64,000 bases of DNA from Promethearchaeota archaeon Loki_b32 (GCA_005223125.1 NJBH01000002.1:1-64000); one strand, 5' to 3'. Shown: positions 20,784-31,693, counted from the stretch's first letter. Notes: generated by a model from the sequence alone, not told the origin. Program-made: numbers and translations.

Positions 20784-21071
20784 TATTAATATGAATATTA
20801 AAAATATTAAATTTATCTCAAAAATTCCAAAATATCATTAGTTTTCAATTTTATCCCAAATAAATATACTTAAGCTAAATTATTCAAAATTTACTCAACT
20901 TTCAACACTTATTAGTTTTTGGTTGTAAGACTATTACTTTTCATACTCTTATTATTCGAAATTATCATTCATATCATTAATTTTAAATACTGTTTCATAA
21001 TACTTTGTTTTAATTAGATAAGTTTTTGAATAAATAAACACTATTTTAAACTACGAAAAAAAGGCTTTACT

Positions 21072-22706
21072 ATGATTTCTGATGATCATCTATTTACAAA
21101 CATTGGCATTGATAGCGTTGGATTTCACGCTCCAAGGCATTTCGTCAAACTAGAAGAACTAGCACTACAAAGAAAAGTCGATCCTGAAAAATATAGGAAA
21201 GGACTTCTGTCTAAAGAGATGCGAGTCGTTGATGCTGACGAAGATATTATATCTCTTGGTTTGAAAGCGGGATATAACGCGCTACAAAGAGGAAACGTCT
21301 CTCCTAGGAGTATTGACGCACTATTTGTTGGTACTGAAACAGAGGTATATGCAGCTAAGAGTATTTCGAATATTTTTGCTGAAATGTTGAATATATCTCC
21401 CAATTCACTAACACAAGATATTTACAACGCATGCGCTGGTGGTACGCTAGCAATTCTTAATGCAATCGCATTGATTGAAAAAGAAATTATAAGCAAAGCT
21501 CTCATAATAAGTGCTGACATATCTCAATATCATTTAGGATCCCCTGGTGAACCTACACAAGGTTCAGGTGCTATTGGACTAGTAATTTCCAAAAATCCAC
21601 GAGTTGCTAAATTTTCTACAAAATTCGGAAAAATTTCTGGGAATGTAAATGACTTTTTTAGACCTGCAAATGATAAAAATGCGAGAGCTTTTGGGAGTTA
21701 TTCTCAAGATACGTATATCGATTTTCAATTGAAAGCATATGATGATTTAATTAGTAATATGGGAGATTTTCATGCTAATTTTTACACGTTTCACGCCCCA
21801 TTTTCAAAATTACCTTTAAAAATTATGCAACAAATCATATTAAAACGTTGGATAAAGCATATAAGTGACTTACCTAAATTTGAACGGAATGAAATTAGAT
21901 CCTCAATTCTAAAGAAAATAGATTCATTTTTGCACGATGTTACCGTCTTACCAGAATATTTATATTTAAAACTCAATGAAAGAGGATTTTCTTCATCAAC
22001 ATTAGAAAGATTTTCAAATTGGGTGAATACCAATATAAAGGCTAGGGTTTTTCCTCAATTACGAGTTCCTATGCATTTTGGTAACATGTACAATGCATCT
22101 GTGTGGGCGCAGGTAATTTTCCTTCTCGAAAATCATACCCATGTTAATGATACAATTTATTTCGGTTCTTACGGTTCTGGAGCAATATGCATTTCAGGTT
22201 TGTTAAAGGTCCAGAATAGATTTAAGGAAATTGTTCAAAAGGGACCATATATTAATGATTTCATTCATTTGAAAAAGAAGAAAAGTGTCTTAGAATACGA
22301 GTTAATAAAGAATGGTGATCTTCGGCCAATAGTTCTATTAGGAAAGATTAGTGAACATGAACAGAACAATAACAGGGGATTTACTCTACATTTTTGTGAT
22401 GAGGGATGTATTATACCTAATATAAAAGGATTGAATCGTTGTCCTAAAGGTCACTCTGGGTACTATGAAAGGTTCTTTCCTCTTTTTGCAAAATTAGAGA
22501 GTGAGCCAATGGCTCACAACAATGTTAATGATCTTAGATATTTAAGTAAAGGTTTAGTACGCGTTGCTAGTAATGTCAGCAAAGGTAATTCTTTAGAATA
22601 TGAGATAAGGCGAGTAGAAACTGAGTTTGAGGAAAATGTCAATGCAAAAGGACTTTTAAATTGGACTCCTTTTTATATTAATCTACCAAATCACCATGTG
22701 TATTAG
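21072..22706 (+). CDS. HMG-CoA synthase with fused C-terminal DUF35-like (Zn-ribbon/OB) domain
   Basis: GTET, NACAGG, EPTQGSGA, HAPF, GNMYNAS, SYGSG; C-terminal CDEGC...CPKGH. Confidence 0.9.
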   Translation: MISDDHLFTNIGIDSVGFHAPRHFVKLEELALQRKVDPEKYRKGLLSKEMRVVDADEDIISLGLKAGYNALQRGNVSPRSIDALFVGTETEVYAAKSISNIFAEMLNISPNSLTQDIYNACAGGTLAILNAIALIEKEIISKALIISADISQYHLGSPGEPTQGSGAIGLVISKNPRVAKFSTKFGKISGNVNDFFRPANDKNARAFGSYSQDTYIDFQLKAYDDLISNMGDFHANFYTFHAPFSKLPLKIMQQIILKRWIKHISDLPKFERNEIRSSILKKIDSFLHDVTVLPEYLYLKLNERGFSSSTLERFSNWVNTNIKARVFPQLRVPMHFGNMYNASVWAQVIFLLENHTHVNDTIYFGSYGSGAICISGLLKVQNRFKEIVQKGPYINDFIHLKKKKSVLEYELIKNGDLRPIVLLGKISEHEQNNNRGFTLHFCDEGCIIPNIKGLNRCPKGHSGYYERFFPLFAKLESEPMAHNNVNDLRYLSKGLVRVASNVSKGNSLEYEIRRVETEFEENVNAKGLLNWTPFYINLPNHHVY

Positions 22707-22710
22707 AGTA

Positions 22711-22774
22711 TTTCTTAATCTCGGACGTACACTGAATCCTAAAAGGATGCAATAATTTGGAAGGGATTAAGAAA
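22711..22774 (+). other. Intergenic stem-loop between HMGCS and HMGR
   Basis: TTTCTTAATCTC (22711-22722) pairs with GGGATTAAGAAA (22763-22774); inner ATCCT-AAA-AGGAT hairpin. Confidence 0.5.
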
Positions 22775-22806
22775 AATTTATTAATTTTTAAATTTATGAA
22801 AAGATA

Positions 22807-24087
22807 ATGAAAGAATTTCGTTCAGATATATCAGGATTTTACAAGTTAGCTATTGAAGAGCGCCAAAAAATGATATTTGATCTTTTCGAATTAGCTCAAG
22901 ATGAGATAAAACTTTTGCAAAATTTTGGATATTTTAAGCCAAAACAAATCGACACGTTAATCGAAAATGTAGTAGGTAGTTATCAGTTACCCTTTGGTCT
23001 TGCTTTTAATTTTAAAGTAAATGGCAAAGATTATATAATCCCTATGGTTATTGAAGAGCCTTCTGTAGTTGCTGCTGCATCGAATGCTGCGAAGATGGCG
23101 AGAAAACATGGTGGATTTCATTCGGAACATGTAAAATCAGTAATGATTGCTCAGATTCAAGTAACACAATTAAAAGATATTGAATCAGCAAAAAAATCTA
23201 TAGAAGACAATAAAAAGAAGCTATTAAAGATTGCAAATGAGCAGGATCCGCTATTAAATAAGTTAGGCGGAGGAGCTCAAGATATAGAGATAAGAGAAAT
23301 CCAAACTAAAAAAGGAAGGATGATTATTCTTCATTTATTAGTCAATGTACTAGATGCTATGGGCGCAAATGTATGCAACACTTTTGCTGAAGCTATTAGT
23401 CCTCAGGTAGAGGAGATAAGTGGTGGTAAAGTAAACCTCCGGATAGTTTCTAATTTAGCTGTTCATCGTTTAGCTAGAAGTAAAGCCACATTTAATAAAG
23501 AAATGTTAGGAGGACGAGAAATAGTCGAAGGAATTTTAAATGCTTATGAGTTTGCTCAAGCTGATCCATATCGAGCAACAACACATAATAAGGGAATAAT
23601 GAATGGAATTGTTGCACTAACCTTAGCAACTGGAAATGATACTCGTGCAATAGAATCTGGTGCACATGCCTTTGCCTCTTTAAATGGGCAATATTCACCT
23701 TTAACTAAATTCGAGCTAGATTCTGAGGGAAATTTAGTAGGTGAGATCGAGGTGCCTCTTGCCTTAGGGATAATTGGTGGGATGACTAAAATACATCCTA
23801 TGGCGCGATTAGCTCTAAAAATTTTGAATGTAAAAAGTGCTAATGAGCTCTCGCAAGTTGCTGCAGCCCTTGGATTAGCTCAAAATGTTGCAGCCTTAAG
23901 GGCATTAGCTTCAGAAGGGATTCAAAAAGGTCATATGGCTCTTCATTCTCGTAACATTGCGAAAATCGCTGGTGTACCTGATGAATTAATAGAAAAAGTT
24001 TCAAAAAAAATGGTGGCAGAAAAGAAAATTAGGGTTGATTACGCAAAAGAAATTTTACAAAAAATGAATGAGGGTGAAAACCTTTAG
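22807..24087 (+). CDS. mvaA: HMG-CoA reductase, class II
   Basis: ENVVG, EEPSVVAAAS, DAMGAN, THNKGIMNG, GIQKGHM. Confidence 0.93.
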   Translation: MKEFRSDISGFYKLAIEERQKMIFDLFELAQDEIKLLQNFGYFKPKQIDTLIENVVGSYQLPFGLAFNFKVNGKDYIIPMVIEEPSVVAAASNAAKMARKHGGFHSEHVKSVMIAQIQVTQLKDIESAKKSIEDNKKKLLKIANEQDPLLNKLGGGAQDIEIREIQTKKGRMIILHLLVNVLDAMGANVCNTFAEAISPQVEEISGGKVNLRIVSNLAVHRLARSKATFNKEMLGGREIVEGILNAYEFAQADPYRATTHNKGIMNGIVALTLATGNDTRAIESGAHAFASLNGQYSPLTKFELDSEGNLVGEIEVPLALGIIGGMTKIHPMARLALKILNVKSANELSQVAAALGLAQNVAALRALASEGIQKGHMALHSRNIAKIAGVPDELIEKVSKKMVAEKKIRVDYAKEILQKMNEGENL

Positions 24088-24168
24088 TTTTATAAAAAGT
24101 GGTTCTGTAACTTCTCTAAGAAAAATCATTATTGTTGTTAGTTTTATCAAGATAATCAAGTATATGAG

Positions 24169-25479
24169 ATGAATTTTATGGGATTTAGAGAATATTTAAA
24201 TAAAATTGATAAGGAAGGACTACTCCAAAAAGTAGACGTTGAAATCTCTAAAAAATTAGAAATTTCCGGAATTTTAAAGGAGATTGAGCCAACCCCTGTA
24301 ATGTTTAATAATGTAAGAGAATCTGAATTTCACGTGGTTGGTAATGTGTTCTGTACAAAGAATGTGATTGCTTCATATTTTGGCGTGACCCCCGCAGATC
24401 TAATTCCTATGCTTTCAAAAGCAATTACTGATCGCTCAGAACCAGATATTGTGTCTAACGCTCCTTGTCAAGAAGTAATCGAATCTAGTGTGGATTTAGA
24501 TAAAATACCTATATTATTTCACTGTGATAAAGACGGGGGAAATTACATTAGTTCTGCTGTTGTTGTTACAAGGGATCCTGATTATGGTCAAAACTTAGAT
24601 TTTCATCGAGCAATGCAATTCTCAAAAGAAAAATTTGCCACCCGTATTGTTAAAGGACGTCATTTTTCTAAATTTTTAGAAAAAAATGGAGAACTTGAAG
24701 TAGCTTTTTGTATAGGAAATACTCCTAATATTTTAATTGCCGGAGCAACTTCTGTAGACATCGGAGTTGACGAACTACATATTGCCAATGCGCTAGAACC
24801 AATTAAAGTAGTAAAAGCAAATTCTGTTGATCTTTTAATACCAGCTGAAGCAGAGTTCATATTAGAAGGTCGTGTTTATCTGGAAGAAAAACATTCAGAA
24901 GGTCCTTTTGTTGATTTAACTGAAACATATGATACGATCAGAGAAGAACCTATTTTTGAAGTAAAAAGAATTACTCATAGAAAAGATGCGATTTGGCAAG
25001 CTCTTCTACCAGGTGCTCTTGAACACAAAATTTTGATGGGCATGCCTCGGGAACCAACCATTTTCAACAAGGTAAATGCATTGGGAGTGAAGTGTTTAGA
25101 TGTGAATATTAGCCCTGGTGGGTCTTCTTGGTTGCATGCAATAGTTCAAATTGATAAAAAAGCAGAAGAAGATGGTAAAAAAGCAATAGAGGGAACCTTT
25201 ACAGGACATAAAAGCTGTAAACATGCTTTTATTGTTGATAAAGACATTAATATTTATGATCCCTTATCTGTAGAGTGGGCTATGGCCACTCGTTTTCAAG
25301 GAGATATAAGAATGGTCGTTAAAGATAAAGAACCAGGAAGCAGTTTAGATCCAAGTGCTGAACCTGGAACAAAAATGACAACGAAAATTGGCTTTGATTT
25401 GACTAAACCACTTATTGTCAAAGGAAAGAGTTTTGATATTGCTGAATTTCCAAAGGTCGATATTAACAAATATCTTTAA
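24169..25479 (+). CDS. UbiD-family decarboxylase, probable anhydromevalonate phosphate decarboxylase
   Basis: DGGNYI, EGPFVD, EH, WAMATR, SSLDPS; context between HMGR and the AcnX pair. Confidence 0.88.
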   Translation: MNFMGFREYLNKIDKEGLLQKVDVEISKKLEISGILKEIEPTPVMFNNVRESEFHVVGNVFCTKNVIASYFGVTPADLIPMLSKAITDRSEPDIVSNAPCQEVIESSVDLDKIPILFHCDKDGGNYISSAVVVTRDPDYGQNLDFHRAMQFSKEKFATRIVKGRHFSKFLEKNGELEVAFCIGNTPNILIAGATSVDIGVDELHIANALEPIKVVKANSVDLLIPAEAEFILEGRVYLEEKHSEGPFVDLTETYDTIREEPIFEVKRITHRKDAIWQALLPGALEHKILMGMPREPTIFNKVNALGVKCLDVNISPGGSSWLHAIVQIDKKAEEDGKKAIEGTFTGHKSCKHAFIVDKDINIYDPLSVEWAMATRFQGDIRMVVKDKEPGSSLDPSAEPGTKMTTKIGFDLTKPLIVKGKSFDIAEFPKVDINKYL

Positions 25480-25496
25480 GATGAGGAAAGGAAAAA

Positions 25497-26690
25497 ATGA
25501 AATTGACATCAGAAGAACTAGACATGTTAGAAGGTAAGTATGGAAAAGCAGTCCAGAAGTCGATGGAGATATTAACTACACTAGGTGAAATATTTGATGC
25601 TGAAAATATGGTCGATGTTTATGGTGTACAAATAGCTGGAGTTTCATATGCTAATTTAGGGGAAGCTGGTTTGGAATTTCTAAGCGAAATAGCAGAAGAT
25701 GGCAAGGTTAGAGTCTTAACAACTTTAAATCCTGCCGGAATGGATCGTGAAAATTGGCAAGCTTTAGGAATAGATGAAGAATTTGCTAAAAATCAAAATC
25801 ATGTAATTGATGCTTTTGCTAAAATGGGCGTAATTACAACTTGCTCTTGTACACCCTATTTAATTGGAAATACACCTCATTATGGTCAACATATAGCATG
25901 GGCCGAAAGTAGTGCTGTTTGTTATGCCAATTCCGTTATTGGTGCTCGAACTAATCGTGAAGGAGGACCAAGTGCATTGGCATCAGCCCTCACGGGAATA
26001 ACCCCTAAATATGGTTATCATTTAGATGAAAATCGTCATGGAGAAGTTTTAATTAAAGTTAATGCTCCAGTTAACGGTACTGACGAGTTTGGTGTATTAG
26101 GAAAAATAATTGGAGAAAAATTGGGGGAGTTAGAAAAGAAAATACCTTATATAACAGGTATTACTAATGCCACTGTTGAAGAACTCAAGTCATTTTGTGC
26201 TTCTGTGGCGACTTATGGTGGAACTGCGCTATTCCATATGGAAGGAATAACACCAGAATATAATAGATATCCTAAACCAAGTAATATTACTGTTGAAATT
26301 AACCAAGAAGATCTGGATAAAACACGATCGGAACTTATAGATGAAGATCTTGAAATAGATTTTGTAAGTATAGGTTGCCCTCACGCTTCAATTCACGAAA
26401 TTGAAAAAATTGCCAGGCTATTAAAAGGAAAGAAAGTAAAAAAAGAATTTTGGATAACTACTGCACGACCTACAAAAAGGATTGCCGATGAAGCCGGTTA
26501 CTCCAAAATAATTGAAGATGCAGGAGCGAAATTTGCAGCAGATACATGTTGTGTTGTTGCTCCAATTAAAGGCCGTTTCAAAGGAATAATGGTAGATTCA
26601 GCAAAAGCGTGTTATTATGGAAGGGCAAAAAATAAATTTAAAGTAAAAATTGGTCCAGTTGAGGAATGTGTGGAGGAGGCAATAAAATGA
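25497..26690 (+). CDS. Phosphomevalonate dehydratase large subunit (aconitase X)
   Basis: GVSYANLG, CSCTPY, WAESSA, GCPH, DTCCVV. Confidence 0.9.
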   Translation: MKLTSEELDMLEGKYGKAVQKSMEILTTLGEIFDAENMVDVYGVQIAGVSYANLGEAGLEFLSEIAEDGKVRVLTTLNPAGMDRENWQALGIDEEFAKNQNHVIDAFAKMGVITTCSCTPYLIGNTPHYGQHIAWAESSAVCYANSVIGARTNREGGPSALASALTGITPKYGYHLDENRHGEVLIKVNAPVNGTDEFGVLGKIIGEKLGELEKKIPYITGITNATVEELKSFCASVATYGGTALFHMEGITPEYNRYPKPSNITVEINQEDLDKTRSELIDEDLEIDFVSIGCPHASIHEIEKIARLLKGKKVKKEFWITTARPTKRIADEAGYSKIIEDAGAKFAADTCCVVAPIKGRFKGIMVDSAKACYYGRAKNKFKVKIGPVEECVEEAIK

Positions 26691-27076
26691 AGTTAAAAGG
26701 AAGAAAAATCTATAAAGGTACAGCTGAGGCAGAAGCGATTGTTACAAAAGATGGAATTTCATTTTATGGTGGTGTGGACCCTGATACGGGGAAAGTAGTT
26801 GAGGTTGGACATGAATTAGAGGGTAAATCTATAACTGGAAAGGTTTTAGTATTTCCAACTGGTAAAGGATCTACAGTAGGATCTTATACCATGTATAGAA
26901 TGAAGAAGAACAACACCGCTCCTGTTGCAATTGTCAATAAACAAATCGATACTATTGTTGCAGTTGGATGTATAATAAGTGAAATTCCATGTGTGGATAA
27001 GATTGATATAAGTTTTATCAAAACAGGGCAAAAAATTATTGTTAATGGTTCTGAAGGAACCGTGGAAGTGAAATAA
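26687..27076 (+). CDS. Phosphomevalonate dehydratase small subunit (DUF126 swiveling domain)
   Basis: ISFYGGVDP, GKGSTVGS; ATG at 26687 overlaps the upstream TGA (ATGA). Confidence 0.9.
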   Translation: MKLKGRKIYKGTAEAEAIVTKDGISFYGGVDPDTGKVVEVGHELEGKSITGKVLVFPTGKGSTVGSYTMYRMKKNNTAPVAIVNKQIDTIVAVGCIISEIPCVDKIDISFIKTGQKIIVNGSEGTVEVK

Positions 27077-28012
27077 ATGGGAACTGGAAAAGGATATGGA
27101 AAAACTATACTATTCGGAGAACACTTTGTTGTATACGGATTACCCGCAATCGCCTCAGCATTAAGATCCTATACAACAGCAGAAGTTAAGTTAGGTGATG
27201 GCAGTGGTTGGACGGTTGATGATCAAAGACCTGCAACTCCAGGTTATAAAAAAAAGAAATTCAATGAGGCAATGCAATCAATTAAAAATGTTATAGAATA
27301 TTTAAAAATAGATACAGAGAATCTAGAACTTGAGATAACATTTGCTGGTGACTTAATTGCTGCTAGTGGAGTAGGAGCTTCAGCAGCTCAATGTACATCA
27401 CTTTCCCGAGCTATAAATGACACATTTGATCTTAATTTAAATGATGAAGAGATAAATAAAGCAGCCTATGAAGGAGAGAAAGCATATCATGGAACTCCTT
27501 CGGGTATTGATAACACAGCCTCTACTTATGGTGGTTTGATATGGTTTGTTAAAAATTTGGAAGGGGGAAAAAATACAATGGATCTTCTGCAATCGCCGAA
27601 AAAGATGCCTTTAATTATAGCAAATTCAGGAATAACTGCATCAACAACAGAAGTAGTGGCAGATGTTCGACGTTTAAAGGAGGAATCTCCAAAAAAATTT
27701 GAAAAAATCTTTACTAAATATGAAAGATTAGCTGCAGAAGCAAAAAAAGCCTTACTTGAAGCAGATATTACCACCATTGGTAATTTAATGAATCAAAACC
27801 ACAAATTACTGCAAGATATAACGGTTTCCGGCGAGATTAATGATAAATTAGTTGAAATTGCGTTAAAAAATGGATCTATTGGTGCAAAAATGACAGGAAC
27901 TGGGCGAGGTGGCTTGGTTATTGCTTTAGCAGAAAATGAAGAAGTACAAGATAAAATTGCCAAAGCTATTGAAAAAGAAGGATTTAATGCTTGGAAAACC
28001 ATGATTGGATGA
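27077..28012 (+). CDS. mvk: Mevalonate kinase
   Basis: GKTILFGEHFVVYG, GVGASAA, HGTPSGIDN, KMTGTGRGG. Confidence 0.95.
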   Translation: MGTGKGYGKTILFGEHFVVYGLPAIASALRSYTTAEVKLGDGSGWTVDDQRPATPGYKKKKFNEAMQSIKNVIEYLKIDTENLELEITFAGDLIAASGVGASAAQCTSLSRAINDTFDLNLNDEEINKAAYEGEKAYHGTPSGIDNTASTYGGLIWFVKNLEGGKNTMDLLQSPKKMPLIIANSGITASTTEVVADVRRLKEESPKKFEKIFTKYERLAAEAKKALLEADITTIGNLMNQNHKLLQDITVSGEINDKLVEIALKNGSIGAKMTGTGRGGLVIALAENEEVQDKIAKAIEKEGFNAWKTMIG

Positions 28013-28835
28013 GTGCGAGTTAAAATTGAACAATAATAATGATATAATCTTGTTAAAGTTAGGTGGAAGTTTATTAACTGATAAAGATGAACCATTTTCA
28101 ATTAGAGAAGATGTTGTTAAAAATGTAGTTAAACAAATAATTGATGCTAATGAAAAATTAATTTTGATTCATGGAGGAGGCTCATTTGGGCATCCTTTAG
28201 CAAGAGAATATAGTATTTCAGAAGGGATAAATAGTTCTATCCCTAATCAAATTCTTGGTCTTACTAAGACTCATCAATCAATGATTAAATTCAATACTTA
28301 TTTGATCAATTTATTTTTAGAATATAATTATCCCGTCTTATCATTTCAACCTTCTGGTATTTTCATTAAAGACTCTCAGGATATTTCTATTCAATCCATT
28401 GATACTATTGAAACTGCGTTAACTCTAAATATCTTACCTATTTTATATGGAGATATCATTCTCGATAAACAGGGTTCGTTTTCAATAATTTCGGGAGATC
28501 AGATAATTTTTGAGCTATGTGTAAAGTTAAAAAAATTTAGTATCTTAAAAGTTATTTTTGCAATTGAAACTGATGGAATATTTATAAATGATCAAGAAAC
28601 AAAAGATATTAAATTGGCTACTGAGTTATATTCAAATGAATTAGACAGTTTAGATTTAGCAGATTTAGGTAAAAAAATCGATGTTACTGGCGGAATTGAA
28701 GGTAAAATTAATTCTATTAAAAATATTTGTAAATCTAATATTCCTGTACAATTGATCAACGGATTAAAAGAGGAGTATGTTTACAAATCATTAAAGAATA
28801 AAAAATTAAATGGTACAAATATTATGATTAAATAA
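28005..28835 (+). CDS. ipk: Isopentenyl phosphate kinase
   Basis: KLGGSLLTDK, HGGGSFGH, SGD, DVTGG; the start may be TTG at 28026. Confidence 0.93.
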   Translation: MDECELKLNNNNDIILLKLGGSLLTDKDEPFSIREDVVKNVVKQIIDANEKLILIHGGGSFGHPLAREYSISEGINSSIPNQILGLTKTHQSMIKFNTYLINLFLEYNYPVLSFQPSGIFIKDSQDISIQSIDTIETALTLNILPILYGDIILDKQGSFSIISGDQIIFELCVKLKKFSILKVIFAIETDGIFINDQETKDIKLATELYSNELDSLDLADLGKKIDVTGGIEGKINSIKNICKSNIPVQLINGLKEEYVYKSLKNKKLNGTNIMIK

Positions 28836-28854
28836 TAACACGCTCTTATAAAAA

Positions 28855-29973
28855 ATGACAAAAATAGAGATGAATTATATGCCAAAATCAAATCAATCTA
28901 AAGAGATAATGGATAGAAAAATAGAACATCTTAAAATACCATTAGAGTATGATGTACAGCACTCTAAAAACTATTTTAATGATATTAAACTAATACATCA
29001 TCCTCTTCCAGATGTAGATTTTGAGGATGTCGATCTTTCTACAAATTTCTTTGGTAAAAAAGTATCTGCTCCTATTTGTATTTCAGCAATTACTGGGGGT
29101 CATCCTGTCTCTAAAGAAATTAATAAGGTCTTAGCAAAAGCAGCAGAAGAAGAAGATATTATAATGAGTGTAGGAAGCCAACGTGCTGGAATAGAAGACC
29201 CTAATCTATTAGATTCATTTGAAATTACACGTAAAGTTGCACCCGATATCCCTATTATAGGTAATATTGGGATAGGGCAGATTAGCGCTCTTAATTTTGA
29301 AGTGGAGGATTTTAATAAATGTATTGAGATGATAAATGCAGATGTTATGGCAATTCATTTAAATATATTACATGAATTAGTTCAAGATAAGGGAGATATA
29401 TCCTATAAACTTTTTCGCAAGAATTTTCAAAATTTACGAGAATTATATAAAATTCCTATAATTGCGAAAGAGGTCGGAACAGGATTTAACCAAGATTTAG
29501 CTTTAATCCTTGACAAACTTGGTTTTGATGGATATGATATTGGCGGTACTGGAGGAACTAGTTTTGCGGCAATCGAATCTAAGCGTGATAATTTCGATAA
29601 TCAGAAATATACCCGGAATCCTGCGGAGGTCTTTAGAGAATGGGGAATACCGACACCTTTGAGTATAATTTATGTTAGAAATGTCTCTCAAAAATTAATA
29701 ATTGCTACTGGAGGTCTAAAAACGGGAATAGATATAGCAAAATCTATTGTTTTAGGTGCTGATTATGGTGGCTTTGCTTATAAATTTCTTCAATCTGCAT
29801 GGAAAGATAGGAAAACAGGATCTATTTCTTATACTGTTAAAGAAATAAGAACTTTGAAAAATGAATTACGTTCAAGCTTATGGTTAATGAATATTTACAA
29901 CGTAAATGAATTAAAGGGTAAGCGAGACAAATTTGTTATTCTTGGGGAATTATATCAATGGTTACACCAATAA
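28855..29973 (+). CDS. fni: Type 2 isopentenyl-diphosphate isomerase
   Basis: RKIEH, ITGG, VGSQR, AKEVGTG, GGTSF, WGIPT. Confidence 0.95.
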   Translation: MTKIEMNYMPKSNQSKEIMDRKIEHLKIPLEYDVQHSKNYFNDIKLIHHPLPDVDFEDVDLSTNFFGKKVSAPICISAITGGHPVSKEINKVLAKAAEEEDIIMSVGSQRAGIEDPNLLDSFEITRKVAPDIPIIGNIGIGQISALNFEVEDFNKCIEMINADVMAIHLNILHELVQDKGDISYKLFRKNFQNLRELYKIPIIAKEVGTGFNQDLALILDKLGFDGYDIGGTGGTSFAAIESKRDNFDNQKYTRNPAEVFREWGIPTPLSIIYVRNVSQKLIIATGGLKTGIDIAKSIVLGADYGGFAYKFLQSAWKDRKTGSISYTVKEIRTLKNELRSSLWLMNIYNVNELKGKRDKFVILGELYQWLHQ

Positions 29974-30040
29974 TTGAAGTTTTTTTTTAAAACCTATATG
30001 TAAGGCGATAAGAAAAAAATATTAACGAGTCATCTTGCTT

Positions 30041-30262
30041 TTAGTATTTGGAATCAAAAATCTTATTTACTAGATAACAACCCCTATTATTCTCCTCACC
30101 AAAAATGCATCTGTGTCTAATATCATTCTTTTTTTGTGAATATTTCATACATCCCCAACATTGACCTTTTGCTAAGCTGAACTTTTTTTTCTTATTAAGT
30201 TCTCTTACCTCTTCACATATTTGAAGGGCTACTTCTTCTGGAATTGGCTTTTTATCATCCAT
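30041..30262 (-). CDS. Small Cys-rich hypothetical protein
   Basis: 73 aa with C...CWGC...C...C. Confidence 0.65.
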   Translation of the reverse strand: MDDKKPIPEEVALQICEEVRELNKKKKFSLAKGQCWGCMKYSQKKNDIRHRCIFGEENNRGCYLVNKIFDSKY

Positions 30263-30392
30263 AATATAATATTTTATATGGTTAGATTTAAAAGATGCTC
30301 TCTTAGATATAACTTAGGTTTTATATTATTAAAGGCTTCAGTAGACCAGAAATAAATTTTAAAAATTTAAATTGTGAATTTTACTCTTTAGA

Positions 30393-30779
30393 TTATAGTG
30401 GCTTTTGTTCTAAAGCATCCTTTATTTCATTTTTAAAATTAGAAAAAGCGCCAATTTGACCTTTGAAATTAACCAATTTATCACTATAAAGCTTAATGAA
30501 CTTCTCAGAGATTTTTTTCAATTCTTTATTTACTTTTTTCTGATTGTATTTTTTAGAAGAGTTTGCCACAAAAATTAACCCACTTGTCTTTATTATAGTG
30601 AATCTTGAATTTTCTAATTCAAAATTTGACATACCTCCTTCAGCTAACTGTTCAGCAAACATATTTAAGGCACTCATCATCGCTCCAAAAAGTTGAGGAG
30701 AAACTACGTTATCAAACTCTCTATGAAAAATTACAATTCCTGATCTCTCAACAATCCAAATATCTTGAAGTATTTTCAC
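30393..30779 (-). CDS. Stand-alone longin-like domain protein
   Basis: IWIVERSGIVIF beta hairpin, LFGAMMSALNMF helix, three strands, C-terminal helices; GTG start after AGAGG. Confidence 0.7.
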   Translation of the reverse strand: MKILQDIWIVERSGIVIFHREFDNVVSPQLFGAMMSALNMFAEQLAEGGMSNFELENSRFTIIKTSGLIFVANSSKKYNQKKVNKELKKISEKFIKLYSDKLVNFKGQIGAFSNFKNEIKDALEQKPL

Positions 30780-30953
30780 ATGAATTCCTCTTTAAAAAAC
30801 TTTTTAACTAATTATTGTAAAGAAATTTTTTAAATGGATCTAATATAAGAATTTTAAAATACAATCATTTTTAATTTTTTTATGACTTAAATATATTCTC
30901 GTTTAGATTTTAAGTTTTTGAAGCTTTGATCTAAATTATTAAATTAAAAAATG

Positions 30954-31502
30954 TCATGTGTTCCCCCATCTCTTAATATTACTCTCAATCCCGATTTGGT
31001 CTAAAATCCTCCCTATTGTAAAATCAATAAGTTCATCTATATTTTCGGGTTTAATATAATAAGATGGAATAGGAGGGAAAATTATAACACCTAATTTTGC
31101 CAACTTGAGCATGTTTTCCAAATGAATAGCACTAAAAGGGGTTTCTCTTACTACAAGAATAAGTTTTCTTTTTTCCTTTATTGCTACATCTGCAGCTCTA
31201 GTAATCAAATTGTTAGCATAACCATTTGCAATCGCAGAAAGAGACTTCATCGAACAGGGAATTATAATCATAGAATCTAATTTATAAGATCCACTCGCTG
31301 GAGGTGCTAATAGATCATTAACTTCATAATTTTTATCCGCTAATTTACGAACTTCAGAGATTTTATAATCTGTTTCAACAGATATTATCTTTTCAGCATT
31401 TTTTGAAATAATTAATTCAGTTTCAACATCTTTCTCCTTAAGTATTTCTAGAAGCCTAATCGCCAAATGAACTCCAGAGGCACCGGTAACCGCAATTAAC
31501 AT
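30954..31502 (-). CDS. ubiX: Flavin prenyltransferase
   Basis: VTGASG, ASGS, PCSMKSL, RAADV, RETP, HLENM. Confidence 0.95.
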   Translation of the reverse strand: MLIAVTGASGVHLAIRLLEILKEKDVETELIISKNAEKIISVETDYKISEVRKLADKNYEVNDLLAPPASGSYKLDSMIIIPCSMKSLSAIANGYANNLITRAADVAIKEKRKLILVVRETPFSAIHLENMLKLAKLGVIIFPPIPSYYIKPENIDELIDFTIGRILDQIGIESNIKRWGNT

Positions 31503-31693
31503 TAACTTTACTCTTAGTGTTTTTAATTACAAAAACTATTTTGATTTTAATAATTCAATTATGATTTCTAGTTCTTATTTTTTTTTATATTGGATAATAA
31601 GATAAATACGCTTTAATTTGCTGGGAAATTAAATAATTAGTTTACTGTTAAATATTAAAAAGATTTTAATTATTAAATTATAAGAATTAATGA

